DNA of 57,930 nt, the filler included, from Porpidia crustulata (taxonomy: Eukaryota), in the NCBI GenBank assembly GCA_964255105.1. It is 7 parts of 7 records of this genome, joined end to end, with 100 filler letters (N's around TTAATTAATTAA, not from the genome) between each part and the next. Parts side by side here need not be neighbours in the genome. Positions count along the whole stretch, not along the records: positions 33,198 to 41,379 come from CAXUWE010001155.1; positions 41,480 to 49,655 come from CAXUWE010001156.1; 5 more parts are not named here. One strand, written 5' to 3'. Shown here in pieces: positions 36,601 to 47,334 of this stretch. The notes beneath the pieces are model-generated. The model searched no databases and had not been told where the DNA came from. It saw nothing but the letters and a program-made list of their open reading frames with translations. How positions within the stretch are numbered: position 1 is the stretch's first letter; each line of letters begins with the position of its first letter. Made by a program: the position numbers and the translations under genes.

Positions 36601-37554
36601 CGAGAATTTAGTCTGTGGGACGATGCTTGACGGCAGGCTTAATTCGTCATCTGCAGAATGCGGAGTAATTGGGGCTGTGACGAATTTTCTTGTCGGACTG
36701 CTGCGACGTGACCTTGGTTGAGGAGACATTCGCTTCACTGGCGATTTGTCTGTGACGATTGCCGACGGAGCTTCACTGACAAGCTCGTCAGAACTGGATC
36801 CGTTGCCCATACTTTTTCGTTTGCCATTGGTGTCCCGGAATTGGTGCGCAATATATTCATCTCGAACTGGAGGGGAGCTCTCGCCTTGGGGTTGAGGTAC
36901 TGATCTGCCAGCGTTTCCGAAGTGTCTCGAGCGTTCTCCTTTATCTTGTACTCTATAGATCCCGATATTGCTTGTCGTGGCCACGGTTTCTTTCGTCGGC
37001 TCTCTTGCGGTACCTCGATATGCTGGCTGAAGTCTCTTTTTCTTCTTGCCCCCTTCCGGCAGGCCAATTCCAGAGATGTCGATTGGAAGCGATTCTGTTG
37101 AGGAGTCTTTCCGAAGTGGAGAATATTTGGGTGGCACGAGAGGTCGGGGCTGAGAACTATTACCACGACGCCTAGGTTTTGTTTTACTATCCATAGTTTT
37201 CTCGACCGAACGGTACTCTGGAAGTCGGGTACCAATAAAAGACCTTCCGTTGACTTGTCGAACCGACCCCATACTGAGAACAGAGGAAGGCTGGCTTGGT
37301 TTACAAGCAGGTTCAACACGAGTAACTGTATAGTCGCCCAGCTCAAGACTTTCTAGGTTTTTATTATTGACAGCACTCTGAATCGCATCTGGAGAATGGT
37401 CTGAGGGTTTTGTTTTCTGTCGCTTGGCAATGGGTACAATTTCTTCGAGGTCCAATATTTCTGGTACCTTTTCAACATTGTTCCCAACGATAATCTGGGT
37501 TTCCAAGGCTCGTTTTTTCCTCCCATCAATGTTTCGCGGAATCGAAGATTGCAT
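33688..37554 (-). CDS. ULP2: Ulp2-like SUMO protease (peptidase C48); true start may lie further upstream
   Basis: DLERLDEGQYLNDNLIGFY, FFNTFF, catalytic AHWYVAII, FDSLG and QDNFSDCGLF. The frame stays open to a splice acceptor at 37640. Confidence 0.9.
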   Translation of the reverse strand: MQSSIPRNIDGRKKRALETQIIVGNNVEKVPEILDLEEIVPIAKRQKTKPSDHSPDAIQSAVNNKNLESLELGDYTVTRVEPACKPSQPSSVLSMGSVRQVNGRSFIGTRLPEYRSVEKTMDSKTKPRRRGNSSQPRPLVPPKYSPLRKDSSTESLPIDISGIGLPEGGKKKKRLQPAYRGTAREPTKETVATTSNIGIYRVQDKGERSRHFGNAGRSVPQPQGESSPPVRDEYIAHQFRDTNGKRKSMGNGSSSDELVSEAPSAIVTDKSPVKRMSPQPRSRRSSPTRKFVTAPITPHSADDELSLPSSIVPQTKFSASGIRKRTQKLSPHKNKCTEEKAAPWGVQLSGIVFAGNFKRTDALGLEYDENSQNYVVLDEGKSLTNQYQELRIQPKKLLRALAADSGGKVRFESSKSGNNESKLDLELHSEKGMRDLFMRLQQESEIEIVRKPREKMERMFLNHLREQCKALPVSRPVAKRVPVDVQLATRNRERDEAKEQEALEQDSHKRQRTTHRVIDRLNNESNQGSNAEAMPLPSRTSMIFKDISGGESGESKNDSTNNVDHALLKFDKILAKEQIKNSHIPISQIETRATLRKPKELSPTLNEFPEEERYSRKQGLGLPWVKSLIYPIAGKKKTTVDWSDLERLDEGQYLNDNLIGFYLRFLEHQVEAKKPELSKKVYFFNTFFFASLTNTHRGKKPINYESVQKWTRGIDIFTYNYVVVPINESAHWYVAIICNLPKLIQDEATQKEIVEAPPQSDSDGDNQSSNERRAEPVDSVSSPDMLGKAHSRLNTSQDLEEQEPTASFADMSLQTDAETSSTKERKYDKLGVLGADESIEDQEMLDAQLTENTIEVLPLNIPGMQQVSEVTAEHTEPISGDPSHKTPLSKKRKRKSIPPLRTPDPNQPIIITFDSLGAAHSPTIKLLKCYLREEGLAKRNGMIFDESRLKGLTAKQLPLQDNFSDCGLFLLGYMEKFLENPKEFIGKVLKREYDMKKDWPKMDPRDMRNSLRELIQKLHSEQDNEQAREKMEKARKAGKFVGKKQWEAEAEPSSDPLQADEPTHRVVKMPTGLNRSGRAVIDETTQRATVTPSDPNSTEKPNPIAKTTQTRGDALGCALTIDFQDPVASKFTPAEVSTHSHLTNTESSPPPAVPKDPSIIIIDSQPEPIDSALLTKPPECPMPSPELATEIADSQPAETISSPPTLPKIRHGNEETWEGFDGLPALERRTVQDIEEIGEKTPRSNHDTPPALGPAVALDKLEEPRSQLKQPKEKRRMAKRVSVVEIDD

Positions 37555-38635
37555 ATGAGAGTTAGGTACATATGATGTCGTGTGGAGAGTGTTTCTAGGC
37601 TGGAATGTACCGCTAGGTATCTGAACATCAAGGTCAGCACTGGAATACCGGTGTCAGAAAATTACATACTTTTCCTGCCATGCCCTAGTCCACAATACTT
37701 ACCGGTCCGGTTATAAGTGTGGCATCTGGGTCTGGTCTATAAATTCATTACCATTAGTTCAAAGCTTCCACTGGAATAGGCCTCCAGCTGTACTATAAGT
37801 CTGCAACAGCTTGACGCTGATCTGTAGAGGGCTAGGATAGGTTCTGGATGGAGGATGATGCTTCAGCTTGATATGGGGCCTTTGGGCTAAGACCTGGAAG
37901 CTGGAATCAACAAAGGTGACATTTATTGAGATTTGCCGTGTCATTGTTCAAAGTGGCTTCTTGGATTTTATTTGGCGCGTAGCCGTGTGCTGTGGAGCGT
38001 GAGGATGATATGTGATCGATTTAAAATGTAGACAGCAGAATAATCTCCGTCACACAAATTCTTAAGTCCGAATATGCTCATACCACCTCATTGCCTATAG
38101 AAGATCTCTCACCTTGTCTGTCTTTGACCCTGCAACAATTTTCCAAGAGGCTCTGGGGAATTATTGTGTCAGAAGGGCTCAGGTGGTGTGGGAATTCATG
38201 AGTGTTGAATCTTCAAGGAATATTGGGAGAGCATTTGGGCTAAGAATGTGATTTTACGTCACATATCAGTAGGATCCAAGAGCGTGATCAAATCGATCAT
38301 GTAAAAGTCTCCAATATGGGGCGGTCAAAGATTTGGGCTCTGACTTCCCCTTCATGAGACCCATATTCTTGTTTACAAGATAGTCGCGTGGACACATTCA
38401 CTTTTCGCTCAGCTTTAAGAAAAGTTATGACCCAAAAAGCCATCATGTAATGTTATCCCTACCACAGATGCGGCGACCAGGTATCCAACGGGCATAGTAT
38501 ACAGTGTAGGGGCTGAACAGGAATTCCTGCAAATGCAGTCATTCGAAAATGCAGCGACAGAAACAACCGCCCAGACATATATGCATTCGCTCAATTCGTC
38601 AGTATTCGTACAGCTATGGTGCCCTTCCTTCCCAG

Positions 38636-39798
38636 TCATGATGACGCTGGCTTGCCCTTGTCAGGATTAGAGTCCTCATTATAGGTATCACGCCGTTTGC
38701 TCAAGCCATGGTGTGATCCTGTGATAGCACCCTTCTCGTGTCGTGCTTGGTCAATGGCCGAACGCTGTGCTATGCTATCATCATGACTCTTCCAGATGAT
38801 GCTGGTGTCTGGGGGAAAGGCAAGCAGGCGTTTAATGGTTTCGCTTGTTTACCATTAGCTTCAACCAACTAACACATCCCAGACGAACAAACCGGATTTT
38901 GATGTTTCTTCCACCGTCAATCCTTGTCCAGACACTCAACACATCCTCTCCACTTCTCACGCTCAGAACAGCACCGCAGACTTCCTCACCTGCCTCAGCA
39001 AATTGATCACCGATGATTGCAAGCAAGAGGTCCTCCCAGTACCTGTCCGAGACTCCTTTTTTTAACCTCACGATCCATTTACCGCCCCTTTTGTTCTCCT
39101 CGTCCTCCCACACGGGTCTAATGCCCTTGCGGAAAATGTGATAGTCTGAAACTGAAGGAAGTGTAGATGGGCGTTTGAGATGAGTGTATACCGTCCAAAA
39201 GGCTTCGACGGTGGAGAACGATGCTAAAGGTATTGTCGACTTCTCGTAATCCGAGTATTTGGACGTCGGCGGTCGATACCAAACAATCCAGGTAGACTTG
39301 AGAGGATGTTCGGATGATATGCTGGATGACCTACTGGTCAATGGCGATACTGAAGCCCTTGGTTTGATATCTGGCCCTGACTGCTCCTTTGCACTCTCCT
39401 TCTCACGCTTCTCCCCAGGTGTGGATGGCGTTCCTAGATCGAGGGACGTGCCGGGGGTTCTAGGAGTCTTGGCCGAAGACCCAAAAGATGCGAATGCGCC
39501 CGACCCCAGCCCAAATGCGGAAGATGCACCAGTTGTAGGAGATGCGACGGTCGAAGCACTCAAGGGGGAGATACCGTTGAACGAGCTAGGTTTGCCGCTA
39601 GTGGAGCCCTCACCGGCAAATCGTTTCGCGGCTGAGTATGGGCGAGAGGATTCGCTCTTGTTACCTTCTTTAGTGGTGCTGTTCGGATTGGAGGTAGACA
39701 GAGAGAGCTTGCTGGAGCTTTTTGGTTCAAATCAGTGATTGAGACTATGGAGATCCACTGATTACCTACTTCGAGCGACGCTGCCACAGATTGTCCAT
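38636..39798 (-). CDS. Class II eIF4E (4EHP/eIF4E2-like cap-binding protein), 3 exons
   Basis: MDNLWQRRS|...HPLKSTWIVWY...DYEKS...TVEAFW...DYHIFRKGIRPVWEDEENKRGGKW...RYWEDLLLAIIGDQF...|ETIKRLLAFPPDTSIIWKSHDDS. Confidence 0.92.
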
Positions 39799-41379
39799 GA
39801 ATACCGCTTAACGGAAAGGATTGATTAGAAGTGACTGCAGCAGTTAAATAGCTGCATGTGCTCGTTGTACAACGCCTGGTGGATCTTTAAGGGACCACAG
39901 AAAGCGGGTACAAGCAAATTCTACTTAGTCTTTGTGGCTACGCTCGTGTAAATTTGAACAGGACGGAAGTCGACAGTCGAACAATTGCGATTGGGGTCTT
40001 TGAAGAAGTATGCTTGGGTAGAGCGTATTTCAGAGTAACGAGGAGGGGAAGATGTTGAATTTCCAGAATATCAAATTATTGGAGCTCACGAATGAGGGTT
40101 TTCGGCGGACGGAAGTCATTCAGGTACGGAAATGTTTAGCGTCGTTTCCCCACATAATTTCTATTGCATGTTTCTTTCCTCCTTCCCTTCTCTCCGTAAG
40201 ACCACCAACTCAAATCATCACCAGCTCGAACTCACTACCTCAACTCAGCTGGCGACTCCGATGTGTAGGTCGAGAGTGCGCTCAACCCGCTTCTAAAACC
40301 GTCATCACGAGGGCCACCTTTGCGCGAGCTTCCATGATGCGGTGACGACCTGAATGCCGGGACATATCATCAGTCCTACTCTTAGGATGTTCTACGTCTA
40401 AACAGAAGTACCTGCTTGCTTCAATAGGCTTACTAGGTTAGTAAGATTTTTAACACTACTCTACCCCTTGCGGATATATGAAGACAAAATGTAGTTCTGG
40501 TAATCCTAGAATTCAACCGCATTTACACTCTTGCTCTGACACTTGAGGCTGGTTGAGCATGAGGTCGAAAGGCACAGACTGATTGATGCAAGAGGAAATC
40601 ATCTATATGTTATTTCATATCCGTTAGCCAGCGCTGACGAATTTCAGACAGATTTCTCACTACTAGGTGTCATACATGACTAGCTCGAAAATATTTCGCG
40701 TGGTCTGATCAGTATCCTCCTCTATGGCCGATCATAAACCTTTGAACCGCCCATGCTCAATGGTCAAATAAACCAAATCTTACGCCTCCCGCAAGAAGCA
40801 TTGACTCTCGTTCTCTAGAATGTGACCGTTGATGCCTAGCCAGACCAACGGTTCCAAATTCCTTTCAAGCTGCTGCCCCAAGCTAGTATAACTAAGTCAA
40901 GGAATGAGGACGCAACTTCACCGCTCTCACGACCATTACCACACTCGATCCCCTTTCTAGGTTGACGACCCAACCCAACTTTCTATATCTCTATTCCTCC
41001 TCTCCCCCTCCCACCTCCTCACGCAAAGGGGACAAGCGACCGTCCCGCAAAATTCCATTTCGCACACCGAGCTTTCCTCCTCTATCATATACACACCGCA
41101 CCTCCAGCACTTGACATTCTTCTGTTCGCCTTATTTTTCTTCTTTTGACCACGCTGCTCCTGGGCAATATGATCTGCATTGCGCTTGACGAAGAAGTGGC
41201 CGTCGACTAGGCAATGGTGCCGGTGCTGGGCTTCGTCTTGCCTGTCGCCGCTTTTCAATCTTGAGCCATGGAAGCTATTGGGTAGCAAGTTCCCCTCCAT
41301 CGCTCCTAAAGTATTTCCCCTCTCTTGGCGCTTCCGTTCCACACCAACTCCCCTTCTCATTACCCCCTCCCTCCTCCTC

Positions 41380-41479
41380 NNNNNNNNNNNNNNNNNNNNN
41401 NNNNNNNNNNNNNNNNNNNNNNNTTAATTAATTAANNNNNNNNNNNNNNNNNNNNNNNNNNNNNNNNNNNNNNNNNNNN
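41380..41479. other. Artificial contig linker
   Basis: N44-TTAATTAATTAA-N44. Confidence 0.98.
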
Positions 41480-41778
41480 GTGTGAAGAAAGGGGGGCAGA
41501 ACTTCCAGCAAACAACGAAAAAAAGTCCACATCCGCAAACGCCCAAAATGCACAAAATGTATAAAATGCACAAATTAGAAACGCAATGCAGCCCCATTTT
41601 CCAAACACCCCAAAAATGACGAAGCGCGCTTGAAATATAAGATGCAGTCCTCTTTTTTTTCTTGCCCAAAACGCCCAGATCGTTGCAAATGGCCCTCCAT
41701 CGCCCCCAGTTCTTCAATCCCCGGGCCAGTCTGTCTACTTCGTCACTGCTCGTATCGCCCCGAGGGCTCACCGACCGC

Positions 41779-43597
41779 CTACTCCGCCGCCTCCATATGC
41801 GCAGATGCAAGGATCGAATATTGGCCGCCAGCGCCGGCCCAGCACAGTACCTTGGTGCGCACAGCGGTGTTATCAATCATGGTCGGGACTGATACGTCCG
41901 TGTCCGAGCCGAGGCCCGTTTGGTAGTTGGCGCTGAAGCCCCAACTCCACGCTTTGCCATCTCCATCGATGGCGATGGTGTGATCGGTCCCGATGGCGGC
42001 AAAGGCAGCCCCGACAACGTTTGGCACATCGGTCGGCTCCATGAGGATGCGCGGGACGTCTTTCGCATCTTTGATGACGCTGCCGTCTGGAAGGGAGGCA
42101 GGGTCGAGGCCGGTCTGCGAGCCATCGCAACGCCCCCAGATGAGGCAGCGGCCGGAGGCAGTTGTGGCGACGGAATGGTGAGCACCGCCGGTGATGTGCG
42201 TGATAGTGTCTTTGTTGGGGAGATTTAACGCAGGCACAACGGCAGCGGTGGGAACAACGGCGGCATCTTCTCCTGCGCCCTCCCGAATCGCCGTCTCCCC
42301 GAAAGAATTGAGGCCCCAAGCGTAAACGTTCTCGTCCTTTCCCAGTGCAAAGGAGTGGTCCTGGCCNNNNNNNNNNGCGGAGGAGGCGAGGGACTAACGC
42401 ATCACCACGGGTACGAAGGACAACCCGGTAGCCGAGCTGATTTTGCTCGCCAGAGCCCCAGATGTACACATCACCTTTTATGTCGAGTGCGAGCGCGTGA
42501 TTGGCACCGCAGGCGATATCAGTGATCTTTTTCAAGGACGGAATGAGCACCGGGGTAGTTTGTACGCGGGCTGTGTTAGAAAAGCCGACGATACCATCGT
42601 TACCCTGTTACATCGTAAGTTTTGATGATATGGATAGTGTTTGAGATTTACTCACGCGGAATGTTCCCCAACCATATACTTGTCCGTCGTCAGTAAGTGC
42701 GAGAGAGAGACTGTCGCCAGCAGCAACTTTCACAAATACAATATCAAGTGGAAAGCTGTCATTCGGGATTGCCGTCGGCGTGCTCTCTTTTGGATTTAGG
42801 CCGCTATCACTCGCAGCATCCGAATCCGAGTTGGACTTGTTGTCGGCCACATCTATAAGACCGCCATCCCAAGTAGTGTCTCTCCCCAATGCACCATGAT
42901 CATTTACTCCCCAGGTAAGGATTTTGCTATCATGCGTGAGAGCAATAACATGCATACCACCGGTAGCAATCTGAGTAACGCCGACCTCCGTAGCTAGCAG
43001 GAGCGGATTCAGACGTGGACGCTTGACGTCAATCGCGTTCTTTGCTGTACCAAGGCCGAGCTCTCCAGAGGAACCTTCCCCAAAGACGAAAACATCCAAC
43101 TTCTGTATCGGGGTTTCGTTTGTGATCACTTTAGCTTTTAGCTTTTTTATTGGGCGAGCAGGCTGCTTTGCCTCTTGCGCTTCGTTTTCGTTTCCTTCGT
43201 CATCATCCTGCTTTCGCTTTTTGGATGTCGTGGCAGCTGCTTTAGCTGGCAAGGCTTGCTTTTTCGTGGATGAAGCTGCTACTTTCTTTGTGGTGGTCGA
43301 TACAGCTTTGCTTGGAGCTCTGTTTGCAGTCGTAGCTGCAGGCTTTGTGGACTTGGGTGCAGCTGTTTTAGCTGGAGCGGTCTTGGTCAAATTGCTCTTG
43401 GCCGTTGCAGCTTTCTTAGTCACCGTTCTCTTCGTAGCGGTTGCGGCGGTCTTATTGACAGCCTGGGTCGCCGAACGAGCAGTGACTTTCTTCGAGGTAT
43501 TTGGTGTTGCAGTGGTCCTTGCCTTTTTAGCGGCTGGCTCGGCGGTTGAGGCCGCTGCTTTGCGCTTTGGGGTAGAACGCGTGGTTCCGGGAGCCAT
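41779..43597 (-). CDS. RCC1: RCC1 / Pim1 / Prp20 Ran guanine-nucleotide exchange factor
   Basis: Lys/Ala/Thr-rich N-terminal tail, then RCC1 repeats (VFVFGEGSSGELGLG, GGMHVIALT..TWGVNDHGALGR, GANHALAL..YIWGSGEQNQLG, WSWGFSANYQTG). One intron at about 42655-42607; a 10-N gap at 42367-42376. Confidence 0.93.
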
Positions 43598-43829
43598 CGT
43601 AAGCGATTAGACCGTGTGTATGAGAGCTGCTGTGATAGCCGCAACAGTGACGAGTACCGAATTGTAAGAGTAGACTTAGAGATTGGCTTAGGGTGTTGGT
43701 CAATCTTGGAAGTTGGGTTGTTGTGCTGGAATCTTGTGAGGGTTTCGTAAAACTAGCGATTCAAAAGCTGGCAGACAACACCAAGATCATTGAGAAATTT
43801 CGAGACTTGTGTTGCCGAAGGAGGAGCTC

Positions 43830-43880
43830 ACCAGGTAGACGAATGAGTAAAACCAGGTAGATGAATGAGTAAAACCAGGT
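43830..43880. repeat. 22-bp tandem duplication (2.3 copies) upstream of RCC1
   Basis: ACCAGGTAGAyGAATGAGTAAA twice, then ACCAGGT. Confidence 0.85.
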
Positions 43881-44559
43881 CGAATAGTGCGATTCTCAAG
43901 TGAACATTTAGAATTTGTGTAAAGTATCGTGTGCAAGCTCAACAGACAGGAACCGAGACAGTGGTCGATGGCGAGAAGTGAGTGGTAAGATTGATGGTGG
44001 ACGAAGCTTTGAGAATGAAAGTTTTTGTAAACAAGGATGCGGTGCTATCAACACAACACATTCATCGCTCGCGAATCCCCCGACACCGTTGCGGTTGTAG
44101 GGCTGAAGCAGGTGTCGAACGCTAGTTGCCCCACGTAAAATACCGCAATGGTATCTTACGTTTTATTCGATCATTTCGAGCACTATGGTCGAGAGTCGCG
44201 ATTCTTTCGCAACCTATTTCCAACGCCATGCAGATATAGCCTTCTTTAACGTAAATGGTACTGCATGAATGCAAAGATGCTCACTACAACGGCCGTGAGC
44301 TCCGGCAAGGAGTGCTACAGTAAGCAATGGTTAAGGAGCCGGGAAGGAATGCTTTCCACATGATCTACCATTTTCTGACCTGTCTATTTTCTCATAACAT
44401 TGTTGTGGAAGCGATGGTGCACAGTGCACAGTGGGTGTTGTGAAGATGACGTCCCTTTTGCCCGAGGTAGATCCTCTTAGCCTATTTTAGATGATGATAA
44501 TAAGACTTAGATATTTCAGTACATGAGTGCGTCTGACACGAGACAAAGTCTTGGCTAAG

Positions 44560-45887
44560 ATGGTTGAGCTACCCAGATTTGCTGAACTCCCCTTGCGTAA
44601 GGGGGATCCCCCACATTCGGCGTGGGGATTGTATGGGAATGATGATCAGTTGGGCACGCTGAATAGATTGACGGATGACGTGGTCTTGAATGCTGCAAAC
44701 AAAGAGATTCAAACTGGGACTAGGTCAGTCGTCTCATTTGGTGCGCCTGCCTCTTCAGAAACAATGTGCTTCTCGGTATCATGGCGTTACGATCATTTTG
44801 GAAGTAAGGAACGCTGAGCTGAAGGATTTAGAGTGTCCCTAAACTGGCCTCTTGATGCCCAAAGCAAGCCTTGCTTCGGGAGACAAGCATTTCTCAAGAA
44901 CATCGTGCACAAAGCCCCGAGAATTGTCAACGATGATATTTGGACCTTCGATTCGCAGAGCAGTAGTCAATGTAAGCTTGAATTATTTGACAGCAATGGC
45001 ATCTTACTCAAGCCTGTCTTGCTGGGGATGGGCTACGCCATTTTGCCTATCAGAAAGAACAGAAGTTTTATAACGGTGTTACTCTTGACGACATTCATGG
45101 TCAAGGCTGTGCAAACGTCAATGGGATTCAAGGTATGAATTTTTCTGTGAATGATTCCTCGAACGGTAATAGTGCTGAAGCCATGCAGCATGGGCCGAAA
45201 AAGGCATTGTTAGCAGAGGTGTCCTGTTAGATTTCCATTCGTGGCGATTGGCCAATAATGTACCTTATGAACCCTTCAAGACAGGATCGATATCACTGGA
45301 ACAGCTCAAAGCTGTTGCTGAGGCGCAAGGAACAGAGATAAAGTTCGGAGATATTCTGCTTATTCGATCCGGTGTGTCTTTCTATTAGCCACGATGAAAA
45401 CCGAGTACAGCACCTAATTCTTGAAAAGGATATATGGTAGCTTTCAACGAAACTCCAAAAGACAAGATAGAAGAGTTGGCCACAGTTGTCCCGCCTCTGC
45501 TTTCTGGCGTGGAGCAGAGCGAGGGCATCCTGGAATGGATTTGGAGTAACTTTTCTGCAGTAGCAGGGGATCAACCTAGCTTCGAATGCTGGCGTACGTG
45601 TAGCATTCTAGTACAGTGAAGGTCAACTGATCATCCACCTAGCCACGCAGAAGGACTGGCTACTCCATGAAATTCTGCTTTCTGGTTGGGGTTGCCCAAT
45701 TGGCGAGCTTTTCGACTTAGAGAAACTTGCAGTGCAATGCAAGACGATGAAACGCTGGTCCTTCTTTATTTCGAGCGAAGTTTGCAATGTGCCTGGCGGC
45801 GTCGCTAGGTAAGATCTACCGACCACTGCTTCATGGCAGTATAGGCTCACAAGCAATAGTCCGCCGAATATCCTTGCAATGTTCTGA
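44560..45887 (+). CDS. Putative cyclase family (kynurenine formamidase-like) metallohydrolase, 7 exons; one acceptor is non-canonical
   Basis: AWGLYGNDDQLGTLNRLT, SLNWPL, SQSSSQ(W)DGLRHFAY, GIVSRGVLLD, GDILLIRSG, AVAGDQPSFE, LHEILLSGWGCPIGELFDLEKL, NVPGGVASPPN. Confidence 0.88.
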
Positions 45888-46073
45888 GCTGCACTCGTGA
45901 CTCAAGCTCAGTACGGAGCAGGTAGCCTCCGAGATGGGAAATATTAGAAGCTGTGCACTCTGGCAGCATTCCTAGATAGCAGGCCATCTTTCTTGTATAC
46001 TGGAAGTTTACTTTCTGTTGGCTGAACCATCTCCTCTTGGCTCATACACATACATGCTGCCATGTAATATTTT

Positions 46074-46863
46074 CTACGATTCTGAATTGACCGTTTGCTA
46101 TGGTTGCATGATCAGCCGGGAAATCTTGTCAATTATTCGAGGTCTGGAAGGTCTTACAACCAACCAGTCCATGCCTTCACCAACGCCTCTCCCATCCACG
46201 GCGGAGCAAGCGACAATACTCCAATTCCTATCTTTCAACTCCCCCAGCCGTAATGCTTCGGATATATCACCTGGCCCCTTTGCTCCCGGCTGATCCTGCT
46301 TATTCGCAAAGACTAGTAACGCTGCGTCCCGAAGCTCTTCTTCGTTTAGCATTGCCGAGAGCTCCTCTGATGCGGTGCTTAGTCGCTCTATGTCTGTTGA
46401 ATCGATTACAAAAACGACAGCAGCTGTATTGGCATAGTAGCAACGCCAGTATGGCCTAATCGAGGTCTGGCCACCAAGGTCCTAGACGTCACGTAAGAAT
46501 TCAGCATTTCAGTAGAAGACTCTTCGAGTATTCTGGAGAAGGCCTCACCCAAACATTGAAGTTGAGGTTCTTGTATGCTACGGACTCGACGTTGAAGCCG
46601 ATTGTGGGTATAGTCGTCACGACTTCACCGATCTTCATCCCATCAGTCGATTAGCACCAAGTATCTCTGCGATTTTGCGAGTTCCTACTTTCAATCTATA
46701 CAACAGCGTCGTCTTCCCTGCATTGTCCTAGGTTTAGCCTTAGCAAATTACACCGTAGATCAGGTTCACATTCGCATACAAGGCCAAGTATTAATATCCT
46801 GATTTCTTTTTTACTCCATAACAATCCCGATATGGCCCAAAGGCGTGAGAGTGATCCTCCCAT
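46074..46863 (-). CDS. ARL1: ADP-ribosylation factor-like GTPase Arl1, 5 exons
   Basis: Myristoylation start [36 protein letters not shown]; last exon QTVNSES*. Confidence 0.96.
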
Positions 46864-47334
46864 TTCAGGTTTTATGTTTCGCTGGTCTAGCCTTGGGTCT
46901 AGCGTAAGGTAAGGCTTTTGCTCGATTTCAATGTTGCGTGATAGCAAGGCTATGCTGTAAGTAAAGCTTGAACAATAAGTAAATATTCTAACGCGAGAGT
47001 GATGAACTTCCGCTTGGCTTTATTGAATTGTACCTTACGAAGCATGTACGTAGTATGATACTCTAGCGTAGAGTACTTTCGCAGGTACACTAAAATAGTT
47101 TGTCATTCCTGGATCCGTCTCGTTGGATGGCAGCGGTAACTAAGGCACGTTATTACGTAGAACCCGCCGAACGCTGCAGGTCATCCCAAGGGTCCCTCAT
47201 TGACTTCTTTCCCAACGCCAGAACTGCTACACGTGATGCCGGTGAAAAATCCAACAGGGCATAAAAACTCCTGTCGACGCTTATCCAAACGGTGCAAGGC
47301 CTCTACTAATTATTATACTACGTAATTGTAGAAG

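Noticed and set aside
42367..42376. Apparent frameshift in RCC1
   Set aside because: It coincides with a 10-N gap of arbitrary length; RCC1 repeats continue on both sides.
43023..43610. Long antisense ORFs over RCC1, ARP8, flotillin, eIF4E and the UbiA gene
   Set aside because: Shadow ORFs caused by codon bias of the real gene on the opposite strand.
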